Shown piece by piece: positions 23,153 to 34,853 of a DNA stretch of 64,000 nucleotides. Made by a program: the position numbers and the translations under genes. Position 1 is the stretch's first letter. The number at the start of each line of letters is the position of its first letter. Origin of the DNA: Eutreptiella sp. 'Long Island Sound 2002' (lineage: Eukaryota; Protista; Euglenida); assembly GCA_964036045.1 (NCBI GenBank), contig OZ038378.1, positions 1,612,001 to 1,676,000 on the forward strand, given 5' to 3'. The notes under the pieces are model-generated. The model was not told the DNA's origin. It saw only the letters and a program-made list of their open reading frames with translations, and ran no database searches.

Positions 23153-26100
23153 TCAGAATTTATTCAACATAATTTTCACCTGAGAGATTCCCCCGCCCCC
23201 CGCCGCGGTATCAGGGCCATCACTGGAACCAGCCCCTCGGGCGTCCTGCCGCAGATCTGAAAATTGTGGCAGATTTGCGGTACCAACTGTTTGTGGTGTT
23301 TGCAGAGGCGACTGGGGGCCCACACTCACAACACAATTCCCACAGAAAACAGACCCACTGTCACTTCGTGGCAGATCTGCAGCTCCAACCGTTGAAATCT
23401 CCGTTGGGGAGCCCAGGGGCGTGCACTGGGGGCCATGGCTCCCATGAGAGGTATCACTGCCCACATTGGAGTCAGGATCTCTCCACCTTTGTGGCTCCGG
23501 AATATCAGGGGTCCCGGGCGTCAGGAGGCAGCCTGCGGGTGGCAAAGGAGGCCAATGAGGGTTAGCCCTTACGGCCATGTGGGCCACAAAGCTCTGCTCC
23601 TCCTGATGCATCTCCACATAGTCCACACAGGCAAAGTGTAAGCTCTCCACGTGGTCTAATACCATGTGCTGGAGGCCGCTGTCAACAGTCAAAATGATGT
23701 GGGCAGCAGCAGCATCAGCTTCCGAAACGTGGAGGTGGGAGAGGGCAGGCATAGCAGCGCTCGACGGTAGCCCTGGCACAGGGGCTGTGCAGCCTCCCTT
23801 CGGAGGGCATTCCGGCCGCTCGACCATTGCGATGTTGTCCACAGAGGCATAGAACTGGCCGATATCGGAGGTGCCATACAATGTGATCTCAAAGATGGTG
23901 TTGGGGCGGAACAGGACCTCGCCTTCATTCGGAAACTTGGAAAAGCGGCTGATGGCCCGTGCAGAGGCCGAATGCAGGAAGAACAGGGACCCTTCGTCTC
24001 CCTTGACGAACTCCTCCGCCACCGCCTGCGTGGCAGACGCGCTCGAGAACGCTGGCCAGCACACCTCCTGGCCTTTGCAGTAGCTGTGCTCGTCGAAGCG
24101 CACATTGATGCCGCGGTACAGCTTCCCGGTGTACGGGGGCAGCATCTGCAGCGAACGGTCCACTTGCCAAATCAGCGGACGCCAAAAGTCTATGGCTTGT
24201 TCGTCGCTGAGCCGCATGGCCCGATTCATAGCTCCGTAGACTTGCTCCCCAGTGCCACCGTCCGGCGGGTAGTCCAACTCGTACGTGTACACGTAAATGG
24301 GAACGATGTACAGTGGGCTGAGGGTGACGCGCTGGCGCCGCAACTCGTGCACCTTCATGACTGCATCCGAACACATCTGCACAAGTGGAGGCAGTGTGAA
24401 CACCAGCCCCAACTCGTTCTCAGGAAGCGCCATTGAAAATGCCAGAGTTCCCACGTCTGAGCGATATTTGACATCGTAGAAAGCCCCCCGTGAGGCGCTG
24501 CTGGGGGCCTGCAATCCATCCGTAAATCTGCTCTCCGCCATCTGCCGATTTGTTCTGCCCCGATCTCTGGGGCGCGTGGCCCCAAGCGGGGCGTCCCACC
24601 CCAGTCCCGCTGCACCATCAGGGACAGCGAAAGCAGAAGCCAAGAAATCCTGGAGCACATTTTGGAAAAGCTGCTGCTGAGCATTCGTCTGCGACTCCCA
24701 AGCCCTCGCCTCGGGGTCATGGGATGCAGGCTGCCACAGGGACGGATCGATCACTCCCTCTTCGGATAGTACGGCCAGCGTCTGTCGGTCCGGGGCTGAG
24801 GTGGCAATGGAGCCGGGGTCGAATAGCACCGCGGCCTCGTCCCAATTGAGGTTTGTGTCGGGGCAGCTGGTGACAGCCCATTCTGACCCCTGCACGGGAT
24901 ACTGGACCATCGTCTGGAGCTGGCAGCGCATGCTGCTCACGTAGCCACCCACGTGATGCTGCCTAGCCTGCAGGTCAAGAACGACGGTGCGGTTCTCGTA
25001 GTCCACAGTAATATGGTCCTGGCCCGCCTTGAGGGCCTGACCGACCTGCTGCTGGAGGATGTGGGGGTAGGTGTTCCAGAGCCCGTTGCCGATGTGGTGC
25101 TGCCACACCAGACTTTGGGGGTAATGCGCCTGGTATTGCTGCATCACGTACCGGACCATGGCCGTGTCCCCGGACCGCGCAGCCGCCTGCATCAGGCAGA
25201 TGGCATGGGGGACCTTCTTCAAGCCCATCCCCTCGGGCGATAACAGTGTGACCGCTGTTGGATCTTTTGTGGGCCCATCCGCTGCTTCATTGCCGTGAAC
25301 TCTGGCAGCATCGTGTTGCGCTGTTGGCACAGCTTCGCTGGGGTGAAGCGAATTGCTCGCAGTCTTGCGGCTCGCAGTCTTGCGAACCATGCCGCGGACG
25401 ACACTCATGAGCCCGTGCACGATGCGGACATGCCTCGGCCGGGTGGCGTCCCCCCTCAGCCCCGGTGCCGGTTTCCCACCGGCGCATGCATCGGTCTCTG
25501 CATCATCCGGAGGAGGCATGGCACAAGGAGGATCCAAGCAGATGCGGGTCTTCGGCGACCCGCAGCCCAGGTACGTGGACAGACACCACCCCGCCGCATG
25601 CCTCTCCTTGGCACTGGGCTCATAGTAATAGATGTACTGCCCCGTGGAATGCCCGATGTAGACTTGCCTCCCGTTGTAAGTCAGCGGCGCCTGGCGCACG
25701 TACAGATCGTTCGTCCCCCGCCCCAGCGAGGTGATCAGCAGGCTGTCCACTGTCGCCCAGTCCCGCTCCCGGCAGAACACGTCCGGCAAACCGGACTTGC
25801 GCTCAAGCAGCGTCTGAAGTGCAGGCAGGTTTTTCGCCATAGCAGCCGAGTGCCTTGCGCTGGGGGCCCCTGGCAGCGGGTGGACATCGATGTCCGGGCG
25901 CATGGCCAACAACGTCCGCATGCTGGCCTCGCAGCCTTCCTGCACGGTGGCCTCCAGCATGCACGCCAGCTCGTAATCGGTGCCGCCTCGGGCCTCGGCC
26001 CAGGTTGGGGCATACTGCGGGTCCGAGCACACCGCCCGGCAGTGTGCCTCCCAGCACGAGCCGTGGTACGGCCGGTCGGGGGGCGCATGGGCCCATCGGT

Positions 26101-29100
26101 CTAAGACCACAGGCTTGCCGCACTGCACACAGCGCACGCAGCGGGTGTGTCCCTTCTGGCGTACTGTGGGCTGGAGCGTGGGGTGGGGGGTATACGCAGG
26201 TGGCAGGGACGTCCCTATGAAGCGCCAGTTGGACGTGGGCCGCCCGCATGCGGGGCAGTCATGTGGGCTATCTTCGCGAGCGGCCAGCAGCCCGAAGATC
26301 CCCAGGAGGACGAGGCCCACTGCTGCAAGAACCAGCCCAAACACCTCTGCAAAGGAGCCCGGGACGTTGGAATGCCGCATGGCCATCAGCAGAACGTACC
26401 AAACAACGCCGAACACAATCAGATGGACCCCCAGGGCCAGTGCAGCCTCAATCCAGGGATTCGACCATCGTGGGTGGCGGGGTCTACCCCAAGAAGGCGT
26501 GGCCCAGTGGTCACGCGGAACAGGGGAAGCGGCCATGCGCTTCGCATGCCATCGGCCCAGGACAATCACGCATGGCATCGACCCAAAGGTGACCACGGCC
26601 AGAAATATCACAATCAGTGATGACGCCGTGAACTCCACGACAACTTCAGCCGCAAATGCGGCAGCGGTGGGCTGCCGCTGGCGGCGGACGGCGGTTGTCG
26701 GAGGGTGGTACATCACCGAGAGTTGGAGGTCCTGGGAGCCCACTGGCAGGGCATCCTTCCTCCCAACGTCCACTGGGCTGTAGCTTCGGGTGCAGGCATC
26801 ACAGGCTGGACAGCCCCCGCCTTCCTGCTGGCAACCAGAATCCAGTCGGATGGTTGCAGTGCCGTCCAGGGCCACAATGACAATGGAGATCTTTTTGCTC
26901 TGAAACGCCGTAGACCCTGTCCCAAGAGTGACCGACTCAAAGCACTGAGTAGCCCCTGCCTGCAGAGTCACCGCCCCAGCTACTGCCGAAGCGGTCCCGT
27001 TACTGCAGGGCGCAAGCTCTGCTGTAGCACTGGCGCTTGCCGTGCCCGTGGGCAGTGCTGTGGTTGTGAGAGACGGCGTCGGTGTCAGTGGTGCGGAGAT
27101 GGACGTAGATGTGGTGCAACTTGGGGTCCACGTTGAGCTGGGGGTCGGAGTTGTGGTCCTGCTGGGGCGGGGGGAAGCAGTGGCGGATGGGGTGGGCGTG
27201 CTGCTGGCGGTGGCAGTGGGCGAAGCAGTGAATGAGATAGTGGGGGTGAGGGGGTAGGTAGATGATGGCGTGCAGGTTCGTGTGCATGTTGTGCTGCAAC
27301 TCCAAGTCTGGGAGGGACTTGCAGTGGGGCGTGGGGTCGTAGTGATGCTTGGAGTAGAGGTGGCGGTGGGGGACGTCGTGTGGGTGCTGGTTCTTGAACT
27401 GGTGGCGCTGGCAGTGGGCGAAGCTGTGAAAGATGGTGTGGGGGTTGGTGTAAGGGTGACGGAGCGAGAGGGAGTGCCGGAGGTGGACGGGGAGGGTGTG
27501 CCTGTGGGGGAAGAGGTGGTCGTCGGGCTGGGGCTGGCCGTGGGCGAAGGGGTCGCTGAAAGCGACGGCGTAGGCGTGGAACTACCGGTGTTGGTGCCTG
27601 TGGTCGTGGGCAGGGGTGTCACGGACGCGGTGACAGTGGGGGTAGGGGTGCGCGTCGACAGGAACATGCTGTGGCTGCGCCCGAACGCAAGACTGTAGAT
27701 CATGGCGTCGTTTGGCGGGTCCAGGCGATGTGGAGCCCCTCTGTTCACTCGGTCTTGCAGTCCCAATTGACCTCTCCCATTGAGGCCCATGGCATACCAG
27801 ACCCCGCCAGGCGACACGGCGGTCGTGTCCTCCCCGGCCACAATGGCAGTGATGGGGAAGCCTGCCGACGGGGAAGGCAACAAGTGGGGCGTGTGCCGGG
27901 GTACCCGGTCCCCAAGCCCCAGTTGGCCGTGGGCGTTGGCCCCCATGACGAAGCACTCGCCGCCCGCGAGCAGGACCGTGTGGCGTCTGCCGAACGCAAT
28001 GGCGGTGATCGGCACGGCGTTGGGGGCTGCCAGCCGCTGCGGCGCGTTGCGGTTCAGCAGGTCCCCCAGCCCCAACTGCCCCGCGGTGTTTCGTCCCATC
28101 ACGAGGCACTGCCCGTCCGTCAGGATCGCCGTGGCATCGAACCCCAGCACCAGCGCCGTGATCGGCCGCGCCTCTGGCGGCTGGGGCACGGGCTGGGGCG
28201 TCGCAGCGTCGGTGTGGTGCCCCAGACCCAGTTGCCCGTGGAAGTTGTCGCCCACGATGAACCACCGCCCGCCCGCCTGCGCGGCGAAGTGCGCCGCCCC
28301 CATCGCGATGGCGGTGACGGACGCGCCGTTCGGGGGGGGCAGCAGCTGCGGCACGCCGCGGTCCGCGAAGTCCCCGGTCCCCAGCGTGCCGAACCGGTTG
28401 CGGCCCATCACGAAGCACAGCCCGTCAGCCGCCAGCACCGCGGTGGCGTCCGCCCCGGCCGCCACGGCCGTCGCGCGCGCCCCGTTCGGCAGCACCAGCG
28501 GGTGCGGGGTGCGCCGCAGCACGGCGTCCCCCAGCCCCAACTGCCCATACGTGTTCTGGCCCACGGCGTACGCCTGGCCATCCGCCAGAAACACCGTGTG
28601 GAACGCGCCCAGGGCCATCGCATGGACCGGCTGCTGGTTTGGTGCCACCAGAGCCTCGGGGCGGAGCCTGTCCCTGTGGAGGAAGCCCAGCCCCGCTTGC
28701 CCAAGGTGGTTGTCCCCCACCACATGGCAGTCCCCCCTGGCCACCCCCGGTTGCAACGCCAGGTCCGAGACGGCCAGCCCCCCCCCCGGGGCCTGCGGAG
28801 GTGACGGCCGTGAACCGGACCCGTGTGCCAAGGCCCAGGAAGGCCACCCGCTGCCGGACCCACCCCTGGCGAGGGCCGTGCGGCCACGCGCCCATGCGCC
28901 GCCACACCTCCCCCCAGGCGCGGTCAGCGCCCGCCTGCACCTCCACCGCCAATGCCCCCGGGCCAGCCCGGTACCGGAAGTGGATGCCGGCGTACACCCC
29001 GACTTCGGACACAAGGTACGCCGTGCTCTGGGGCCCTGGGGCCGCACTCGCGTTCACTGCGAGGTACGGCCCCCTGCTTCCCCCCACCGGCGGGCCACTC

Positions 29101-32100
29101 GTGGCGCCGGGGCCCACCCGCTGCCACAGTACGTCCCCCCCGGCGGCGCGCCAGAGGCCCCGGCAGAATGTGGTGGTGCCCGTGGCGACGGAGAGATCAC
29201 ACTGCAGATCCTTCATGTGGGCGGCGGGGCTTGCCCTCGGGCCAAAGAGCACCACGTTGGAAATGGCCGCCTCGCTCAGGTCCCCCTCCCCCGTCACCCC
29301 CACGAAGCGCACGCGCTTCGCCAGCCCCGCAAACGCGACCGTCTCCGACCGCCACGACTCGCCGCGCGAGCGCTGCTGCGCCGCTTCCCTTCTGAACACC
29401 TCCGCCCAGTCCCCACGCTGCATCAGCACCCACACAGCGAGGGAGCCCATGGTAGCGCCGTACATGTGGTAACTGAAGCGGACCCCGGAGTACAGCCCCT
29501 GTCGGGACGTGAGGCGCACGGACCGGCCGTAGTGGCGATTCACACGGGTGTACACGTACGCCCCTCCGTGGGCGTAGGGGCCTGAAGGGGGGCCCGTGCC
29601 AGGCGTCGGGGTCCCGCCCCCCGCCACCTGCACCCACTGCGGCCGCCCCGGGTCCGGCTCCGTGGTCCACAGTCCTCCGCAGAACCGCGTGCCGCGCTCC
29701 ACACCGGAGAAGTCGCAGAACACGTGCCCCCCGCAGGCGGGGCAGGAGCCCCCGCAGTCGACCCCGGCCTCGTCCCCGTTCAGCACCCCGTCGGTGCACG
29801 CCGTACAGGCGGCACACGACCCGCCGCAGTCGACCCACACCTCGTCCCCATTCTGCGCCCCGTCCGCACAAGACGGGCCTCGAGGGACGTCCCACAATCG
29901 CACGGTGTGGTCCTGCGAGCCGGAGAGCGCCTTGGTGCCGTCGTCGGAGAACGCCACCCACTCCACGCCCATGCCGTGGCCGTACCAGGCCACGGAGGTG
30001 CCGGTCTCCACGTCCCAGTACCGCAGGGACCAGTCCCAGGAGGCCGACAACGCCTGGCGGCCGTTCGGCGCGAACGCCACGCACCGCACACTCCCGGCGT
30101 GGCCGGACCACACCACGAACGACCCGGTGCTGACATTCCACAGCCGCACGGCGGTATCCTCGGACCCGGACAGCGCAAGTTTCCCATCCCGTGAGAATGC
30201 CACCGTCACCACAGCGCCGGTGTGCCCCCTCCACTCTTCGGAGGTCCCGCCCGCGACGTCCCACAGTCGCACGGTGCCTGACTCGGCCCCGGACAGCGCT
30301 TTGCTGGCGCCGGGGGACAGAGCCACCGAGGTCACGATGCCGTCGCGCGCGTCCCACTGGGCCACTTCGGACCCGCTCGAGAGCCGGTACAGCCGTAGTC
30401 GGTGATCCTCCCGGCCGACCAGCAGCAAATCCTTCTCCACCGACACAGCGACGGCCGACACCTGGACACACGCAAAGCAAATTTCAGGCATCCAAAATCC
30501 GTCCTGCCCCAACGGCAATGGCGAGGATTGCGCCGATGCGGGATACCACTCGCGCATGTTGGAACGGTCCCAGGAAAATGCCCTGGGAGAACGCCCGGGC
30601 AAAAAGCTCACAAACCGCACCTCCGACCGACTACCGGTCCACACGACGGACGTGCCCCCGCTCACGTTCCACAACCGGACGGTCTTGTCGTCCGAGCCCG
30701 ACAAGGCCTCGGCCCCGTCCTGTGAGAACGCGACCGCCCGTACAATCCCCGTGTGGCCGGACCACACGACGGAGCTGCCGCACGCCGCGCAGGACCCGCC
30801 ACAGTCGACCCCCGCCTCGTCCCCGTTCAGACGCCCGTCGCGGCAGGTGGCGCACACCGCCGCGCACGAACCTCCGCAGTCGGCCCCGGACTCGTCCCCG
30901 TTCTGCGTCCCGTCAGCGCAACTCGGGGCACAAGCCGAGCAGGCGCCCCCGCAGTCGACCCCCGTCTCGTCGAAATTTTGGGTCCCGTCCGTGCACCACG
31001 TCGCGGCCGCCTCGACGTCCCAGAGCCGCACCGCAGCGTCTGCGGCGCCGGACAGCGCCTGCGTTCCCGAGGGGGAGAAGGCCACGGAATACACGGCCGC
31101 AGTGTGGCCGGTCCACTGGACAAACGTGCGTGTCCTTAGATCCCACAGTCTCACCATCCCATCACCCGAGCCGGATATGGCCCTGGTCCCATCGGCGGAG
31201 AAGGCCACGGAGAAAATCACATCGCCGCCGCCACTCAAGACTTCGTGCTCCCCGGTCTTCGTATTCCAGATTCTAAGGGTGTCATGGCCGGACAGCACCT
31301 CGGTACCATCAGGCGAGAAGGCGAGCGAATGCGCACCACCCGCCCAGACCACCGACGTGCCAGTGCTGACTTCCCAATACCGGATCTCATGCCCGTCGCT
31401 GGACAGTACGTGGGTCCCGTGTGGCGAGTAGGCCACACACACAACTGCATGGTCCAAGTCAATCCACGTTGTGCGCTGGGTTGTGTTCGTGTCCGTGATG
31501 AGGTCCCATACCTGCACACGCCCCAGGGTATCCCCAACCGCCAGCTTAGTTCCATCGGGGGAGAAAGCCGCGCAGAGAACGCTGCAGTCGTACTTCGCGT
31601 ATATGTGTATACGCGCCCACAATTACTCGCTCAGATGTGCCTGTTCTGACGTTCCAGCGTCTCAGGCCTCGGCCAATAGCGGAAGACAGTGCCTCGTCTC
31701 CATCGGGGGAGAAAACTGCAAAATACAGTGGAGTCGTATGCGCCATCCACACTTCAGATGTCCCATCTCTGACGTCCCAGAGCCTCACACTGAAATCCTC
31801 GGAGCCAGCAGCTGACAGCGCCATAGTGCCATCTGGAGAGAAACTCACCCACTTCACCGGACCAGTGTGGCCAAGCATAGTCTTCGATGGACCACACACG
31901 GTGCACGACCCACCACAATCCACGAAACTTTCATCACCATTCAACACGCCGTCTTGGCACCCGAGGCTGCAGGATCCGGTGTATGCCCAGGATCCCGAGC
32001 TGAAACAAGTTGCGCGTGGTCTACCTATGTACCCCACCTCACATGAGACACTGCAGGAACCACCATAAGTCTGGTTATTCCCAGTGCAGCCATGGAACAC

Positions 32101-34827
32101 CCAATGCGACTGGATTGGTACGCCACAATCAGCCTCAAGTGAGGGTGGAGTACCCGCGTATCCGAAAACCTCTACTTCGGCCAAATGAAAAGATCTCGGA
32201 TCAACGTGGTCCAAATGGACCACAACAAACTTGACACCAGCCACATCGACGTACCTCCATGGGTACCACAGCGCGGTTGTACCAAACCACCTCGATGCAA
32301 CCTGGTGGCCCGCACTGTCCAACAACTTGATCCAGAAGGGGTTGGCCTCCCATCGGTCGTCCCGTGTAATGGTGTTCCATACGACGACCTTCTGAACGAA
32401 AGAGGCCTCAGCAAGCGTAATTTTTAACCGCGGTCTGACCCTCTCCGTACTCGACGCCTGTGTGAATTTGTTGCCATCTACAGCGTTCATAGCCCAATCG
32501 ACGTGTTCCGTAAATTGGTTCAGAGCTAAATTCAAAACTGTAGGGAGCGATGGCGATGGCGATGGCGATGGCAATGGCAACGGCGGCAGCGAAGGGTTTA
32601 GACCTGTCTCATCAGCTGAGCACTCACAAATGGCATCAGAAGTGCTTCCAAAGCTGATTGAGCATGATCCAGTCGATTGAACAGTGCAACTGTCACTGCT
32701 CTCCTCCCACGCCCCCACACATTGCCTGCCAAATGATTGGCAGTAGTTATCACACAGCCCTAGGTACGTGCTCGCCATGTTGTTCACCAACACCCTGCAG
32801 TCACCACATACCAGACCATGGTCCACGTCAGGCCAGTTCACCTCAGCGACGCAACGATCCACACCAGAACTGCTACTGTCACATGTGACAGTAATGCCCC
32901 AGCCCTCGACATAATGATTCTCCCACGCAGGAGAGAGATCAATGACAGTCAATGTCCAATCTCCAGCGGCAGGCAGATCCTTGAATGCTGTGAGGCTTTC
33001 TTCTGGACGCCAATATCCCGCGTCTTGTCCCCCATTATTTGCAATGCTTGCTGCAGCATCGTCATCAAAGACGATGAGGACACCGTGCCAGCTTGCGGCT
33101 CCGTGCAGGGATCCCATCAACAAAACATCTGCCACACCCAGGTGTGACAATTTAATAACAAGGTCCGCAGACCACGTCCCGATGAGTTTCATGAACACAA
33201 TTACCTTTCTAACATTTGAACTGCATTCTTCAAGTGTCACCGTAACAGTATCTGTTTCACTATCTTGTGATGCAGAAGCTGAAGCTGAAGATGAAGATGA
33301 GGAGGTCGAGGTATCATCTGATTCCCACCCAACACTTAGCTGGGGTGAACCATACCTGGTGATAGTGGATCCAGAGTCAGCCCCAGGCCGGTAGCACATA
33401 TACTCTTGCGCAGATCCCTTGGTGCCTCCAACATCCACAACTCCCAAATAGACAACGCATCGCGCACGTCCAACTAATTCGCAGCCATCGGAACTGGACA
33501 ACGGATGCGCAGCATACGCAATCCCCACGCACATGGTCATGCACTTGGCGATGCACTCACTGTAATGGTCGACACATGAAGCCATGGAATCATATGGACT
33601 CGAGCAGGAATGGCAGTCTGCTTCTCTACAACAGCCAATTCCAACGTAGTTGAACCCTGATCGGTCTGTGCAGGCCGTCAAACCGGCCCACAATCCACCA
33701 GCTCCACAAACGGCATCACCACCACCGATATATCCGGCATCACATGTAACAGTAACAACGTCTCCAGTAGAGCCAGAGATAGATCGAAGTGCTGCATGAT
33801 CGGAGTTGTCCACTTGTGTTGAGGGACAAGGCCCTGGCACTGGCACTGTAAAACTATGATTAGAGCCGGACCCACTGACGCCACTACGGTCAATAAGAGC
33901 GATTTCGCCCAAATACACGTCAAACGTGCCTCCATTCCAGCCGGCACCAGTTGAATCTTTGGCCTCGAAAATGTGCTCGCCAGGAACCAAACAGACCGAC
34001 TGCGTGGATCGTTCCACCCAGCTGTAGGTGCCGAATGCAACACCAACCGGGGGCTGCAGTCCACTGATGGTCCACCCAACCTGACCAGCGGACCCAACCG
34101 ATTGGATCCCAACTATCACCTTGACACACCCTGTGCAGTCCGTCAAACCGGCCCACAATCCACCAGCTCCACAAACCGCATCACCACCACCGATATATCC
34201 GGCATCACATGTAACAGTAACAACGTCTCCAGTAGAGCCAGAGATAGATCGAAGTGCTGCATGATCGGAGTTGTCCACTTGTGTTGAGGGGCAAGGCCCT
34301 GGCACTGTGCAGGCCGTCAAACCGGCCCACAATCCACCAGCTCCACAAACCGCATCACCACCACCGATATATCCGGCATCACATGTAACAGTAACAACGT
34401 CTCCAGTAGAGCCAGAGATAGATCGAACTGCTGCATGATCGGAGTTGTCCACTTGTGTTGAGGGACAAGGCCCTGGCACTGGCACTGCAAAATGGTATTT
34501 TGCAGTGTCAACGACGTCCACACGATTGATGAGAGCTGTTCCGCCCAAATGCATCTCAAATGAACTGATGTGAAATGTACAGGTACCAAGTGTGCTCATC
34601 TCAACAGTGTGGTCGCCAGGAACCAAACAAATCGACTGACGGAATTTTCCCGCATCATCATCATCATGATAACGGTGTGCAACACCAACAGGAGGGAGCT
34701 GCGGTCCAATTATGATCCAGCCAAACGCACACGCCACAGGCATTCGAACCTCAACGGTCACATTGACACATCCTGTTGCTCCCACACTTGATACCAGCAA
34801 GAGGATGAATAAGACAACGATGCTCAT
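23153..34827 (-). CDS. Giant receptor-like transmembrane mono-ADP-ribosyltransferase (~3,890 aa), interrupted by two +1 frameshifts (~31600 and 28778-28787)
   Basis: Three overlapping long minus-strand ORFs (31546-34857, 28425-31622, 23153-29047) join in the middle of domains: a WD40 repeat at ~31600 and the MAM C-terminal xAVSDLxL motif at ~28780. 34827-23153 is 11675 nt; minus 2 nt gives 3891 codons. Signal peptide [17 protein letters not shown]. Confidence 0.82.
23821..26262 (-). other. Cytosolic tail: LIM-like Zn finger, ankyrin-like repeats, WWE domain (~24915-25112), R-S-E class ADP-ribosyltransferase domain (~23821-24300)
   Basis: [18 protein letters not shown] (LIM spacing); [14 protein letters not shown]; [23 protein letters not shown] (WWE); [37 protein letters not shown] (ART R, SxS and ExE motifs). 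Confidence 0.82.
26285..28777 (-). other. RCC1/BLIP-II repeats (~27660-28750), Thr/Pro/Ser mucin-like stalk (~27030-27650) and three predicted TM helices (~26285-26625)
   Basis: Repeated GxNxxGQLGLG..AIAxGxxHT units; TPTPTPS-rich tract; hydrophobic stretches [44 protein letters not shown] and [22 protein letters not shown]. Confidence 0.82.
28788..31599 (-). other. Ectodomain segment 2: WD40 repeats interleaved with CxDGxxNGDExxVDCGGSC repeats, then two MAM-like domains
   Basis: Many GHxxxVxxVAFSxDGxxALSGSxDxTVRLWD units, four CxDG..N.DE..VDCGG units, and CDFSG..W..GTGP....[23 protein letters not shown] (MAM). Confidence 0.82.
31600..34827 (-). other. Ectodomain segment 1: signal peptide, two CV.V...CL.PG.H repeats, 3 Sushi/CCP-like repeats, Cys-rich (PAN-like) units, proprotein-convertase P-domain, F5/8C/fucolectin-like domain, Sushi, Cys repeat, start of WD40
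   Basis: [11 protein letters not shown]..[33 protein letters not shown] x3; [31 protein letters not shown]; [28 protein letters not shown]; [19 protein letters not shown]; VSFSPDG. Confidence 0.72.
33667..34479 (-). repeat. Three near-identical 174-bp Sushi-coding DNA repeats (33667-33840, 34132-34305, 34306-34479)
   Basis: TGTGCAG(G/T)CCGTCAAACC...GGCCCTGGCAC occurs three times with only a handful of substitutions. Confidence 0.93.
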
Positions 34828-34833
34828 CGTGTT

Positions 34834-34853
34834 CTGGAAAGAAAAGAAAATAG
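34834..34853 (-). promoter_or_regulatory. Putative (trans-)splice acceptor: polypyrimidine tract + AG, 6 nt before the ATG
   Basis: The minus strand reads CTATTTTCTTTTCTTTCCAG|AACACG-ATG-AGC. Confidence 0.6.

Noticed and set aside
23821-24300. PARP-type (H-Y-E) catalytic domain
   Set aside because: The motifs are YRG / FSSAS / NEGE, i.e. the R-S-E class, not H-Y-E.
25295-31649. Long plus-strand and alternative-frame ORFs overlapping the giant gene (e.g. 27780-29585, 30191-31276, 27582-28418)
   Set aside because: These are shadow ORFs expected from very high GC and codon bias; only one minus-strand frame carries domain motifs at each position.
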